The notes beneath the pieces are model-generated. The model was not told the origin of the DNA. It did no database searches and was given only the letters and a program-made list of their open reading frames with translations. Shown piece by piece: positions 10,283 to 20,325 of a stretch of 64,000 bases of DNA (within the stretch, counting starts at the first letter, position 1; the number at the start of each line of letters is the position of its first letter). The position numbers were made by a program, and so were the translations under genes. The stretch spans positions 62,001-126,000 of IMG/VR virus record IMGVR_UViG_3300023174_000040; one strand, written 5' to 3'.

Positions 10283-11368
10283 ATGTCTGTGATCGAATCT
10301 GCCAATCTGTATTATAAAGAAGGCGCCAGTGACAAAGTTTATCACGCTACCATTGAAGATATTAGCAATGGGTATGTTGTGAATTTTAGTTATGGACGTA
10401 GGGGAAGTGCCTTGAAAACAGGTAGTAAAACCCAAAGTCCAACTACTCTCGAAGATGCCAAGACTATTTTTAATAATCTTGTAAAAGAAAAAACGAGCAA
10501 GGGATATAGGTTTGTTGAAAATGCCAATCCCTCTGAAATTCCTGTTGTGAGTGATGATCTGCCTGATACTCCCAATGAGATACAGTGCGTTCTCTTAAAT
10601 CCAATTAGTCAAGATGAAGCTGAAAAGCTTATTAATGATGATAATTGGGCTCTCCAGCACAAACTTGATGGTGTCCGGTTTATGCTGGGCAAGGAAAAGG
10701 ATCAGTCTCCCCACGGAATTAATCGTAAAGGCAAAAGGATCAGCATTCCTACTGTGATTTGGAATGTTGTCACTAAGTTTGATGATAATTTCTTAGTTGA
10801 TGGTGAACTAATTGGTGAGACTTTGCACGTTTTTGACATTCTCGAATATCGTAGCGAATGTCTCAGGAAGAAAAGTTTGATTGAGAGGATGAAATATCTC
10901 AAGACTTTGTTTAAGTACATTGAATCTGAGAATATTATTCATACTCCTCTTTATCTTGAAAAGAAAGAAAAGCGTGAGGTTTATGACAGTTTGCTTAAAG
11001 AAAACAAAGAAGGAGTTGTCTTTAAGCATATTGATGCTCACTATAATATTGGTCGCCCTGCAAGTGGCGGAAACTATTTGAAGTACAAGTTCTATAGCAC
11101 TTGTAGTTGCGTGGTAACTGATATTAATAAAAAGCGTAGTGCCGCTATTGGTCTTTATAAGGGAAAGAAACTTGTGAAGGCTGGTAACGTAACCATTCCT
11201 GTTAATTTCGATGTGCCGAATGTGGGCGAAATCGTAGAGGTAAAATACCTCTACGCCAGAAAGCAATCTGGTTCTCTGTATCAACCTATTTATTTGGGTG
11301 TTAGGAATGACATCTCAAAAGAAGAGTGCCAGCAAACACAATTAAAGTTTAAAGCAGAAGAAGAATGA
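10283..11368 (+). CDS. lig: WGR-domain ATP-dependent DNA ligase
   Basis: N-terminal WGR-like SDKVY...FSYGRRG; adenylation motif QHKLDGVR, VDGE, FDIL, EGVVFK, LKYKF; OB fold with EVKYL and YLGVRND. Confidence 0.9.
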   Translation: MSVIESANLYYKEGASDKVYHATIEDISNGYVVNFSYGRRGSALKTGSKTQSPTTLEDAKTIFNNLVKEKTSKGYRFVENANPSEIPVVSDDLPDTPNEIQCVLLNPISQDEAEKLINDDNWALQHKLDGVRFMLGKEKDQSPHGINRKGKRISIPTVIWNVVTKFDDNFLVDGELIGETLHVFDILEYRSECLRKKSLIERMKYLKTLFKYIESENIIHTPLYLEKKEKREVYDSLLKENKEGVVFKHIDAHYNIGRPASGGNYLKYKFYSTCSCVVTDINKKRSAAIGLYKGKKLVKAGNVTIPVNFDVPNVGEIVEVKYLYARKQSGSLYQPIYLGVRNDISKEECQQTQLKFKAEEE

Positions 11369-11539
11369 TCAGTCTTTCTTTTTGAGGCTTTCATTCTCTA
11401 TCTGCAGTTTTCTGATTTGGCTTTCAAGTTCGTTGATTCCTCTTATGATTCGGAGAATTTGATCCCTTTTCTCTTCTTCATATGTGTTTGTTGCGATTCT
11501 TTTTAGTTCGCTCATATCCTGTGGCAAAATAGCTGGCAT
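11369..11539 (-). CDS. small hypothetical coiled-coil protein
   Basis: Likely coding part (MPAILPQ...) of ORF 11369..11689. Confidence 0.35.
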   Translation of the reverse strand: MPAILPQDMSELKRIATNTYEEEKRDQILRIIRGINELESQIRKLQIENESLKKKD

Positions 11540-11591
11540 ATAATTCCTTTTTGTTAAAAATCTTCCTAAAAATAAGATAGTAAAAACAAAA

Positions 11592-11610
11592 GTTTCTTTT
11601 TGGTACGTTG
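11592..11610 (+). promoter_or_regulatory. conserved 19-nt motif copy
   Basis: gtttctttttggtacgttg upstream of 11646. Confidence 0.6.
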
Positions 11611-11645
11611 AAGACTCGACCTCTCCACGGACGGAACTAATAATT

Positions 11646-12398
11646 GTGATATACAAAAACAAAAGCAAAGCAATCAAAGAAACTGGCATTAGTTACTTGG
11701 GCAGCGTCAATATGACTGCCAAGCATTCTAAGGCATTTAAATATAACGAACTTACATATTCTTTGTATTTATCTCCTGCAAACACATCTGGATTTGAAGT
11801 TTGTGCAGGAAGAACAAAAGAATGCACAATTGCTTGTTTGCACGAATCTGGACTTAATCGCATAGATCAGAAGCAGAATAATATCAATAAGTCTAGAATT
11901 GCAAAGACAAGGCTCTTTTTTCAAGAGCGTGATTATTTCATGAGTTGGATGATTGATGAAATTGAATCAACAAGAAGTAAGGCTAAGAAACTTGGATATA
12001 ATTTTAGTGTAAGATTAAATAACACAAGTGATTTATCTCCTGAAATCTTTACACTTGGAGATAAGAATATTCTCGAGATATTTGATGACTGCCAATTTTA
12101 TGAGTATAGCAAGATTTATCGAAGAATTGCCTTAACTAAGAAATATAAAAATTATGATCTAACTTTTTCATATAGTGGAAATAATATTGAAGAATGTCAA
12201 AAGGCAATCAATATCGATAATACTAGAGTGGCTGTGGTTTTTAAAGATAAGTTGCCTGAAAAGTTTATGGATCATGAGGTTATTAGTGGGGATGAATATG
12301 ATATGCGTTATCATGATCCAAAAAACGTAATAATTGGTTTGAAATTCAAAAAGGTTAGAAACGAAATCGATCTTAATAACAATTCTTTTGTTGTCTAA
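11646..12398 (+). CDS. Gp88-like phage protein
   Basis: EVCAGRTKECTIACL, VRLNNTSD, QFYEYSK, YDLTFSYS, VAVVF, GDEYDMR match the GP88 family pattern. Confidence 0.7.
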   Translation: MIYKNKSKAIKETGISYLGSVNMTAKHSKAFKYNELTYSLYLSPANTSGFEVCAGRTKECTIACLHESGLNRIDQKQNNINKSRIAKTRLFFQERDYFMSWMIDEIESTRSKAKKLGYNFSVRLNNTSDLSPEIFTLGDKNILEIFDDCQFYEYSKIYRRIALTKKYKNYDLTFSYSGNNIEECQKAINIDNTRVAVVFKDKLPEKFMDHEVISGDEYDMRYHDPKNVIIGLKFKKVRNEIDLNNNSFVV

Positions 12399-12546
12399 AT
12401 ATAAGTGTCCGCCACACACAACAGAAAAATCTCAAGAATCCACAGAAGAAAATTTTTTTCTAGATAGCCCCTTGTCTTTTGTTTTTTGTTGTGTATCGTT
12501 GATCTGAAGAGCATATCTGTGTGGTATGCGAAAGAACTAGAGACAA

Positions 12547-12816
12547 ATGGAGGATTTCACCATGTCCAAGAAAACAGCCGGCGATAAGAGAACATACGTC
12601 ACCATTGAGAATTTCCTCAGAGCGTATGAGAATCCTGCTTTTGGCTCTATTGGTGAAGTGGCAGACCATCTTGGCCTCAAGCCTAGTGCCGTGAGCCAAA
12701 GAGCTAGTAAGTTACGCCAGAAAGGTGTTGACCTTCGTAAGTTCAGTGGCAGTGGTCGCCCAAATGTTGTTGAAAAAGCAAACGAAATTCTGAAGCTGAT
12801 TCGCAGCAAGAAGTAA
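12547..12816 (+). CDS. small basic HTH DNA-binding protein
   Basis: SIGEVADHLGLKPSAVSQRASKLRQKGVDLRKF; paralog of 9411..9689. Confidence 0.75.
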   Translation: MEDFTMSKKTAGDKRTYVTIENFLRAYENPAFGSIGEVADHLGLKPSAVSQRASKLRQKGVDLRKFSGSGRPNVVEKANEILKLIRSKK

Positions 12817-12838
12817 GTTTGTAAAATAACTGAAATCC

Positions 12839-12888
12839 AATCCCCCATTGGTCATCTTAATTGCGACCAATGGGGGATTATTTTTTTT
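12839..12888 (+). terminator. intrinsic terminator
   Basis: aatcccccattggtc / gaccaatgggggatt followed by a T-run. Confidence 0.8.
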
Positions 12889-12956
12889 AGCATTGACAGA
12901 TCACCATTATTTTTGGTAGGCTCAAAGGTTTATTTGTTGCTCAAAGTCCCTGCCGT

Positions 12957-12975
12957 GTTTCTTTTTGGTACGGTT
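12957..12975 (+). promoter_or_regulatory. conserved 19-nt motif copy
   Basis: gtttctttttggtacggtt upstream of ATG 13003. Confidence 0.65.
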
Positions 12976-13002
12976 GTCCCCTGTCCCGACAAAGAGGAAA
13001 AA

Positions 13003-13116
13003 ATGTCTACAACTACTGCCCCTGTAAAAACGCCAGTTAGAAGCCCCGATAAGACACCCAGCAGCGATCCTTTTAAGAGTCCGAAACCAACTGTGATGCC
13101 CGAACCAAAAAACTAA
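13003..13116 (+). CDS. small Pro/Thr-rich peptide
   Basis: gagga RBS before ATG 13003; MSTTTAPVKTPVRSP. Confidence 0.55.
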   Translation: MSTTTAPVKTPVRSPDKTPSSDPFKSPKPTVMPEPKN

Positions 13117-13117
13117 T

Positions 13118-14131
13118 ATGTATAATAATTCTTTGCATGTGAATCCTGGTATTAGAAATTTTTGGACTAATCTCAGGAAGAATGATTCTGAATTTCATGT
13201 ATTCAAGAAAAATAGGAATCTAGTATATTTCGGTCACGATCTCAGTAAGAGTAGTTACGAGTTTGTTCAAGATAGAATGAACAATCTTGGGATAAAGTTT
13301 GACCATAATAATTTGACGATGAGTTTCCTTAAAGCCCTTGAAGTTGAAAAGGGCAAAGAAGAAGTTCTTAGGGATCTTGCAATCAAGGCAGTTTGTGAAG
13401 CATTTGAAATTCCAGAAGATTTGCTTGATGCGAGTCTCAATGATGATGAAAATATTGAAGTAAATAATACCGAAGAAAACTTCCCTGAAAATGTAGATTA
13501 TGATTCTCTTGATCAAAATATCAAAGATCTGATCAATAAAAGGATCTTGATCAATTCAATTATCCAAGGTGCCAGCATTCATGCTTTTTATACAATGCAC
13601 CATCTTGTGAAAAATGAATTGGATGAAGTATCCCCTGAATTGATTAAATTGTATGATGAAATCAGTGTGGGTACAGTTTTTTCTTATTGGAAGATTGACT
13701 ATTCAGCTATAGTTGATAAGATGGATCCCTCCATGCTGGTTCAGGGTAGTTCTAAGGTGGAATACGAAGAAGATTCAGATGAACCTTCTGTTGTTGCGGC
13801 CGCTAGAACATTTGCAGTTCTTTGCCAAGAATTAGTGAAGGGTGCAATTGAATGTATTGCACTTCATGGCAGCAGAGATATTTCGGAAGAAGAACTCAAA
13901 ATTGTTTATAGTTTTGCTGATAAAAGAAGCGACGAACCAAGATATATCCAAATTGGTTCAGAAGTTTGGCGTAAAATTCTTTGCCTGATCAAGCAGTATA
14001 GAGAAAATGAAAAGATTTCTCTTCCTGAGTTCATCATGAAAATCTGTGTTCTTGAGCCAAATGATATTGAAAATTTCTTTGAGTTCTTTATGTCTGGTGA
14101 GAATGATAAAGCTATTGCCCTCCTAGATTGA
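13118..14131 (+). CDS. hypothetical phage protein
   Basis: 337-aa ORF starting right after the previous stop; no motif recognised. Confidence 0.8.
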   Translation: MYNNSLHVNPGIRNFWTNLRKNDSEFHVFKKNRNLVYFGHDLSKSSYEFVQDRMNNLGIKFDHNNLTMSFLKALEVEKGKEEVLRDLAIKAVCEAFEIPEDLLDASLNDDENIEVNNTEENFPENVDYDSLDQNIKDLINKRILINSIIQGASIHAFYTMHHLVKNELDEVSPELIKLYDEISVGTVFSYWKIDYSAIVDKMDPSMLVQGSSKVEYEEDSDEPSVVAAARTFAVLCQELVKGAIECIALHGSRDISEEELKIVYSFADKRSDEPRYIQIGSEVWRKILCLIKQYRENEKISLPEFIMKICVLEPNDIENFFEFFMSGENDKAIALLD

Positions 14132-14141
14132 TTTGAGGGAG

Positions 14142-14160
14142 GTTTCTTTTTGGTACGGTA
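14142..14160 (+). promoter_or_regulatory. conserved 19-nt motif copy
   Basis: gtttctttttggtacggta upstream of 14211. Confidence 0.65.
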
Positions 14161-14210
14161 GAGTGTTGTCAGCGACGGACAAATAAAATTTTTACAAGGA
14201 GATCCATAAT

Positions 14211-16397
14211 ATGAAGATCAACACGAACGGTTCTAATCTCAAGACTAATAACTTTAATGCCGAATCCATTGAATTTGGAATTGGCGATGTTAGCACTATC
14301 ATTGATATCCTCCGAAATAGGCTTTATGCAAATCCTATTAGGACCTTGACCCAGGAATATCTTTGCAATGCACGGGATAGCCACCGTGATTCAGGCAATA
14401 GTGATACTCCGGTTTCTGTTACGCTTCCCACCAAGTTGGATAGCGTTCTTAAGATCAGGGATTATGGTACTGGTCTTAGTCCGGAACGTGTCAAGGATGT
14501 TTTCGTCAATTATGGAAGCAGCACAAAACGTGCCGATAATGTCCAAACTGGTGGTTTCGGTATCGGAGCCAAAAGTGCGTGGGCATACACCGATAGTTTT
14601 ACCATTCTTAGTTACTACAATGGTAAGCTTCGTTCATATATTGCCCATACCGGCAAGAATAGCAATGGTACTCTTGAACTCATTAGTGAGGATGACACCA
14701 ATGAACCCAATGGTGTCGAAGTTCAGATTCCAATTCGTGAGTCCGATATTGAACAGTTTGTCTATGCTGTTTATCGATGCACTTTCTTTTGGGATGTAAA
14801 GCCGGAATTGAAGGGAATCACCAAACTGGAGATTCCTGCTTCTTGGCTAGATTCTAGCAAGAATATTTCATTCAAGAACGGCAATTGGTTTATCCTTCAT
14901 AAGGATGATTTCATCAAGCGTCTTTTTGATTCTTATCACGCTGACATCTTTGTCCTTATTGATAAGATCCCATATAGCATCAATAAATTTGCATCTCATG
15001 AACTTTCTGCCAATGTAAATGCTCTCAGGAATTCTTCATATGCAACTCATATGAGTTTTGTTGAAGTTGATAACGGAATTCTTGAAATCAGTGCTACTCG
15101 TGAAAGTGTTAGCGACAAGGATGATAGCAAGAAGAAGGTAAATGATATTTGCGGTGAGGCCATCAAGAGTCTTGTATCTTGTGTTGATGATGAACTTGGC
15201 AAGGATTTTGCCACTATTGAAGAATATATCAAGTTCTACTTTAGTGTGAAGTGTATCTTTAACTTTGCATCACTTCCAACAAAGATTGAGTTTACCTTCA
15301 AGAAGGGTGGTTTTGATTATAAGTATAATAGCGGTCGTCTTGTTTCTACGAGTTTTGATGGTTGCCGTATCAATAAGTATCACCTCAAGCAACAGAAAAC
15401 TCGAAGCGTATTGAAGATTGAGGAAAACCATCCTATTGAGATTGATCAAGCCTTGAAGTCTTGTTTTATTCTTGATGATGGTCGAAACCCAAGATATACT
15501 ATCAAAGAAAAGATCAAGAAGTATTTTGCGGATAACCAGAGTGTTACTGCGGTATATTGCATCGAAGGTTATAACACCGATCAGCAAAAGCGTTTCACAG
15601 AACATCTTGGTGCTAAATATATGCTTGATCTTCCCCACAACAGGGTGAGTTACAAGCAAAAGAGAGAGGCTGGCAAGATTAGTTATCGGGAGATTATGCT
15701 TAGTAGTGCCTACAGCAGCAAGAAATTGGCTTCTGGCACTAAGAAGGATGTTACTCTCGATGAAATCGAAAGTTCATCTAATGAATTCGTTGTCGTTCCT
15801 TTCTCGGGCGACGAAATGTATCACGATGAAACTTTTGAAGATAATGTCAAGTTTATCATCAATCACGGCAAATATACCGTGATCAAGTGTTCTAAGAAGG
15901 ATTACGCCTTGATCGTTGGTTCTGCAGACAATGTTCATACTTACGAAGATGTAATTGAGAGTTTTCCTGATTATATCGAAGTGGATGATAAGGTTATTGA
16001 GAACTTTGTTTATCGTCAAGCAAGCAACACTCTTGATTTTATGAGGAAGTTCATTGATAGGGTCGAATGTCCCAAACTCAGGGAATACTTTGAAATCAAG
16101 GGTGGAATCAAGGAAACGGGTAGGGGCGGAATTCCGCCTGCTGCTCGTGCGGATATCCCCGACCGTATCATCAGCCTCTACCCACAGTATGCCACAATTA
16201 ATGGCAATCTTGATAAGATGAATAAATTGGAGAATGAAATCAACTCAAAGTATCCGCTTCTGAGGTGCATCTCGACCGGCATGAATTATGGTTATGGATA
16301 TTATGGTCACGGTCATGATCGTGATGAGGTTGGCCGTAAGAATAAGGAAATGAATGATCTTGTATTCTATATCAATAATAAGTCCAAGGTGAACTAA
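14211..16397 (+). CDS. rIIA: rIIA-like protein with an N-terminal GHKL (HSP90-like) ATPase domain
   Basis: LYANPIRTLTQEYLCNARDSH, IRDYGTGL, GGFGIGAKS, NGVEVQIP. Confidence 0.8.
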   Translation: MKINTNGSNLKTNNFNAESIEFGIGDVSTIIDILRNRLYANPIRTLTQEYLCNARDSHRDSGNSDTPVSVTLPTKLDSVLKIRDYGTGLSPERVKDVFVNYGSSTKRADNVQTGGFGIGAKSAWAYTDSFTILSYYNGKLRSYIAHTGKNSNGTLELISEDDTNEPNGVEVQIPIRESDIEQFVYAVYRCTFFWDVKPELKGITKLEIPASWLDSSKNISFKNGNWFILHKDDFIKRLFDSYHADIFVLIDKIPYSINKFASHELSANVNALRNSSYATHMSFVEVDNGILEISATRESVSDKDDSKKKVNDICGEAIKSLVSCVDDELGKDFATIEEYIKFYFSVKCIFNFASLPTKIEFTFKKGGFDYKYNSGRLVSTSFDGCRINKYHLKQQKTRSVLKIEENHPIEIDQALKSCFILDDGRNPRYTIKEKIKKYFADNQSVTAVYCIEGYNTDQQKRFTEHLGAKYMLDLPHNRVSYKQKREAGKISYREIMLSSAYSSKKLASGTKKDVTLDEIESSSNEFVVVPFSGDEMYHDETFEDNVKFIINHGKYTVIKCSKKDYALIVGSADNVHTYEDVIESFPDYIEVDDKVIENFVYRQASNTLDFMRKFIDRVECPKLREYFEIKGGIKETGRGGIPPAARADIPDRIISLYPQYATINGNLDKMNKLENEINSKYPLLRCISTGMNYGYGYYGHGHDRDEVGRKNKEMNDLVFYINNKSKVN

Positions 16398-16408
16398 GGA
16401 GATAAGCC

Positions 16409-16750
16409 GTGATCAAAGAAATATGGACAATCATTTGTGGTGGAAGAAGCTTTGATAAGAACGATGAATTTTTTCAAACTAAACATACTTTTAGACTTGA
16501 AAAATATAAAGATAAAATCGAATGTGATATATTTAAGAACTACTACAAGGTCAAAGAAAATTTAATGTCCTTGATGAAGGAATTGAATGTCTTGGAGGAT
16601 AGGATCAACGACAAATATCCGCTGATGCTGTGTGCGGGCATAAGCCCGAAAGGTTCCTTCCGGTACGGTATGACACCAGAGCAGGTGGACGAGGAAAACG
16701 AAAAGATTCTGAAAGAATTGATCTTTTATATTAACTCTAAGAAATCATGA
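16409..16750 (+). CDS. hypothetical protein resembling the rIIA C-terminus
   Basis: LNVLEDRINDKYPLM...KELIFYINSK vs rIIA MNKLENEINSKYPLL...NDLVFYINNK. Confidence 0.65.
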   Translation: MIKEIWTIICGGRSFDKNDEFFQTKHTFRLEKYKDKIECDIFKNYYKVKENLMSLMKELNVLEDRINDKYPLMLCAGISPKGSFRYGMTPEQVDEENEKILKELIFYINSKKS

Positions 16751-18072
16751 AATACTATCTTCTTTCTAATTCAATTGTTATAAATACTTCGGGTCAAACT
16801 TATACCATTAGCAATAATGACTATAGGTATGATAAGATTAAGACATACCTGAATGAAGGTAAGTTTGAATTGGTTGCGGATGCTATTAATCCTACCAAGA
16901 ATCTCAATAAAGATGGTTTCACGGTTATTGATGGACTTGTCCATTATGGCAAGGATCCTATCCCGAGCATATTGGGTAATCAGTTTCTTCTCTTCAAAGA
17001 AACAAGTTGGGTATTCAAAAGTCTTTTCAACTTCTGGTATAATCTGAAGAATAGGGTCGATGATCATGCTGCCTCTGAAATGATCCAGGCTCTTATTGAG
17101 AACAGTGCCTATCCTGTTACCGAGGATGGGTTCTATCTGATTTATTCAAACAACAATTCAGATCAGACAAATAGTGTTTTGAATAAAAAGAATCAATCTG
17201 ATTCTCATATTCATTTTTATAATATTGCTAATTGTCCCGAGAAATATTTCACAGCATTTAGCAATCGTAAAAATCTTGATGAGGTTCTTGAGAGTGTTTT
17301 CGGATTTAGTGCTAAGAAACTCAAGAAACTTGCACTGCAGAATATTTTCAAGCCTGATAATAATTTCTTGGACTATAGGTTTTTCTTTTTTGGAGAAGCC
17401 TTCAAGGATGCTCTTCATGCAGACAATCTTTATGAAGTTATTGAAAAGAATATCTTTAACGTTGACTTCGGAGATATTGCCGGCTATGGCGGTTTGAATA
17501 GTTTTATTAAAGATTACACAAGAGAAAAAGATGGATCTTACAATCAAAAGAAAATCCTTAATTTTCTCAAGAGTTCAACCCGTCAGGCCGCATTCATTGA
17601 AATCGGGGATCAATACCCAAGGTTGAAGGAAACCATTAACCTGGACGTTCAACAGGTTGGTCTTGTAAACAACGCAGATGAAATCCTTAACTATCTTAAC
17701 AAGGAAACTGCCAAGTTGCAGGATCCCGAATTCGATCTTAAAATCAAGGAAAATTTTCCTGACTTTTGGAGTCTCAATGAACATGAAGTTGACGATATGA
17801 GATTGTTGATGCCCAATACAAATTACGATCTCAAAGAGTGGACTAATATTATGCAGAACTGCATCCACGGTTATGCCGATAATGTTTTGAAGGCTAAGAC
17901 AGTTGTATTTGCAATCATGGACAAGAATACTAATGAAATGATTTATAATGTTGAAGTTGCAAGAAAGAACATTGTTCAGTTCAAGGCTCGTGGAAATAAT
18001 GAACCCAAAAAGGCAGATATGAAAAAGATTTGCAGCCTGTTGGCAGATCGTGGTTTGCTTTTCAAAGAGTGA
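16747..18072 (+). CDS. rIIB-like N-terminus fused to a PcfJ-like C-terminal domain
   Basis: Follows rIIA; LFNFWYNL...YPVTEDGFYLIY is rIIB-like; LKEWTNIMQNCIHGY...IVQFKARGNNEP is PcfJ-like. Confidence 0.6.
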   Translation: MKYYLLSNSIVINTSGQTYTISNNDYRYDKIKTYLNEGKFELVADAINPTKNLNKDGFTVIDGLVHYGKDPIPSILGNQFLLFKETSWVFKSLFNFWYNLKNRVDDHAASEMIQALIENSAYPVTEDGFYLIYSNNNSDQTNSVLNKKNQSDSHIHFYNIANCPEKYFTAFSNRKNLDEVLESVFGFSAKKLKKLALQNIFKPDNNFLDYRFFFFGEAFKDALHADNLYEVIEKNIFNVDFGDIAGYGGLNSFIKDYTREKDGSYNQKKILNFLKSSTRQAAFIEIGDQYPRLKETINLDVQQVGLVNNADEILNYLNKETAKLQDPEFDLKIKENFPDFWSLNEHEVDDMRLLMPNTNYDLKEWTNIMQNCIHGYADNVLKAKTVVFAIMDKNTNEMIYNVEVARKNIVQFKARGNNEPKKADMKKICSLLADRGLLFKE

Positions 18073-18296
18073 TGGATAAACGAGCGTCAGCGATGAAAAC
18101 AACCGAATTAGAATTAACAAAAACTGAACTTCGTTATTTAGCCGACTTGGTTATCAACAACATACAAGATGGTAATTATTGGGGCAATAAAGATCAATTT
18201 ACCAAAAATCAAAACAAAGTTTTTTCCAAATTGTGTGAAATTGGTATTGAGTTTGGTTTTGATATAGACTCATGGGTGACTAGGGAGCATTATTAA
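18072..18296 (+). CDS. hypothetical protein
   Basis: Start overlaps the upstream stop (alternative start 18093). Confidence 0.6.
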   Translation: MDKRASAMKTTELELTKTELRYLADLVINNIQDGNYWGNKDQFTKNQNKVFSKLCEIGIEFGFDIDSWVTREHY

Positions 18297-18308
18297 AGTT
18301 AAACAATA

Positions 18309-18566
18309 ATGGCTAAAAAAAATAAACTCATGGCGGGCTCCAAAAAACAATTGGAGGCTCTTAAGGCAAAATACGGTCATAGCATCAATCATGTTGATGT
18401 TACCCTCCCAATGACTTACAACGAAGTCCTGAGTTATTTTGGGCCTCCATGCGAAGAATACGAGCCTCTGTGTGGCTGTTGTCGTGCTTGGGTTGAATGG
18501 CAAACCTCCGGCCAGAGAGTCACCATCACTCTTGAAAGAGACGAAGTCATAAAAATGATATATTGA
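18309..18566 (+). CDS. hypothetical protein
   Basis: 85-aa ORF with C..Y.PLCGCC. Confidence 0.7.
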   Translation: MAKKNKLMAGSKKQLEALKAKYGHSINHVDVTLPMTYNEVLSYFGPPCEEYEPLCGCCRAWVEWQTSGQRVTITLERDEVIKMIY

Positions 18567-18597
18567 TTAAATGTATTAAATGTGCTATAATAAGCAC

Positions 18598-18825
18598 ATG
18601 CCAAAATACTATGTAAAATATAAAAATAAATCACTCATCACAGACCAATCAGATCCAGAAGAGGCAGCATATTGCCTTATTCTTATATTGGGTCCACAAT
18701 GGATATGCAGCCATTCAGACTACATTCATGTTGATGAACGTGGATTCAGAACAGAAGAAGCAGAAAATAAATTTGAATTTACAAGTTTATTAGAAAAAGT
18801 TTATAGAAAAAGGTATCCAGAGTGA
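18598..18825 (+). CDS. hypothetical protein
   Basis: ORF track 18580..18825; start at MPKYY. Confidence 0.6.
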   Translation: MPKYYVKYKNKSLITDQSDPEEAAYCLILILGPQWICSHSDYIHVDERGFRTEEAENKFEFTSLLEKVYRKRYPE

Positions 18826-18840
18826 TCTGGATACCTTTTT
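18807..18840. terminator. bidirectional terminator between convergent genes
   Basis: aaaaaggtatccaga / tctggataccttttt. Confidence 0.75.
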
Positions 18841-18848
18841 TTTTTAAT

Positions 18849-19097
18849 TTATTCATCGCTTTTGTAAATATTTTCTGCGAATGGGTTGTTTACTGCGACA
18901 ACCTTAACGTTATTATCTCCTATTGTAAGCATTCTAAAACGCTTAATTAATTGGTCTCTATTTGGCTCATCTTTTAGAGCAAACACAGCAATGTTCGAAT
19001 TGCTTGGCCAAGGAATTTTTTTGTTTATTCTTGAAACATAATAAACAAATGTTTCTTTATCCTTGCTTGAATCCACAATCTCTAAGTTATTGTTCAT
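18849..19097 (-). CDS. hypothetical protein
   Basis: 82-aa ORF; ggagg upstream on the minus strand. Confidence 0.6.
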   Translation of the reverse strand: MNNNLEIVDSSKDKETFVYYVSRINKKIPWPSNSNIAVFALKDEPNRDQLIKRFRMLTIGDNNVKVVAVNNPFAENIYKSDE

Positions 19098-19236
19098 CTT
19101 TACCTCCTTGATAAAAGTTTGAACTACATAGTATTTATCCTTCTGATAATAATTTTGAAATTTACTCTTTACTAAAATAAAATTTTACACTATAATATTT
19201 CAAGAACTCATTAATTTAAAAAGAAAGAAAGAAAAT

Positions 19237-19527
19237 ATGAGCAAAGTTAAACAGTGTTCACCATGTGGATATCAAGTATTACTTGAACTTTTAAGTGCCC
19301 AAGAAATGCTTGGCACAAAGATTATTTTAAATGAAGCCTCAAAGACAATGCGGGATTTCCAGGCAATTGTATTAGCGGTTGGACCAATGCTTAAAGAAGA
19401 TTATGGTTTTAAGGTCGGTGACAGAGTATTGCTATCTGGCACTGGCGTACCAGTCCCAAATTATGATGATAGTGAAAGAGATAAGGTTCTAATGGAACCA
19501 CAATCAATAAAAGCAGTTCTTTCTTGA
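19237..19527 (+). CDS. groES: co-chaperonin GroES-like protein
   Basis: GTKIIL...AIVLAVGP...FKVGDRVLL...IKAVL. Confidence 0.8.
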   Translation: MSKVKQCSPCGYQVLLELLSAQEMLGTKIILNEASKTMRDFQAIVLAVGPMLKEDYGFKVGDRVLLSGTGVPVPNYDDSERDKVLMEPQSIKAVLS

Positions 19528-19586
19528 TTTTTGATTTAAAAAAGACTATATTAAACTTTAACAATTTTTTAAAAAAGGAGTAAAAA

Positions 19587-19997
19587 ATGATTGATGTTTC
19601 TAATGTTAATGATGCGCTACCAATTTTAATGAAAGATGATTCAACGTTTGAATCACTTAAATCAGATTTCCCAGATATCCTTGCGGATTTAGTTACGTTT
19701 AGAACAAATCCAAACTGCAGTTGCAGAGGAAGAGTGGTCAAGTTCTTTACAACTAAATTAGAGGAATCCCCGGGAGTACTTAACAAGTATATTAAAGACC
19801 CTAATTCTCTAAATACTGAGCTTCAAAAAATAAAAACTCAGAGAATTGACAATAATTACTCAGGCAGAATTTTGACTGTCAGCAAGGGAGATGAGGCTTG
19901 GAAGACTTTTGCACAAGAAATTACAAGTGGTGGCAAGTATTTCCGTGCATTTAGTGTTGTTGAAAATGGAGATTCCCTAAAAGTATATTTTCTATGA
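19587..19997 (+). CDS. hypothetical protein
   Basis: aggag RBS; NPNCSCRG. Confidence 0.75.
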   Translation: MIDVSNVNDALPILMKDDSTFESLKSDFPDILADLVTFRTNPNCSCRGRVVKFFTTKLEESPGVLNKYIKDPNSLNTELQKIKTQRIDNNYSGRILTVSKGDEAWKTFAQEITSGGKYFRAFSVVENGDSLKVYFL

Positions 19998-20281
19998 TTT
20001 TCTTAATCTATTTAATAACTTGTTTGGGAGTTGCTTATGGTTGGAGCGATACTGATGCAAGTGTTCCTTTTAGGAACATGGTGGCAAAAGTTCCATACAT
20101 AAGGACAGCTTTATTGTGTCATGAATGCAGTAGTTTCTGGATCAGTTTATTTGTGAGTTTGTTTATCAATCCCCTCCAAGATGCTACATATCCAGGAGTG
20201 AGCAATATTTTTTCTGCTTTTTGTGGATTTTTTATAAATTTATATTTTGTCAGAAAAAAAATAATTCCATACAAGGATTAA
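19994..20281 (+). CDS. small membrane protein (DUF1360-like)
   Basis: Hydrophobic segments and LLCHECSSFW. Confidence 0.6.
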   Translation: MIFLIYLITCLGVAYGWSDTDASVPFRNMVAKVPYIRTALLCHECSSFWISLFVSLFINPLQDATYPGVSNIFSAFCGFFINLYFVRKKIIPYKD

Positions 20282-20325
20282 TTTTACCGACAGCATAAAT
20301 ATTATAAAGGAAAATTATAATATTT

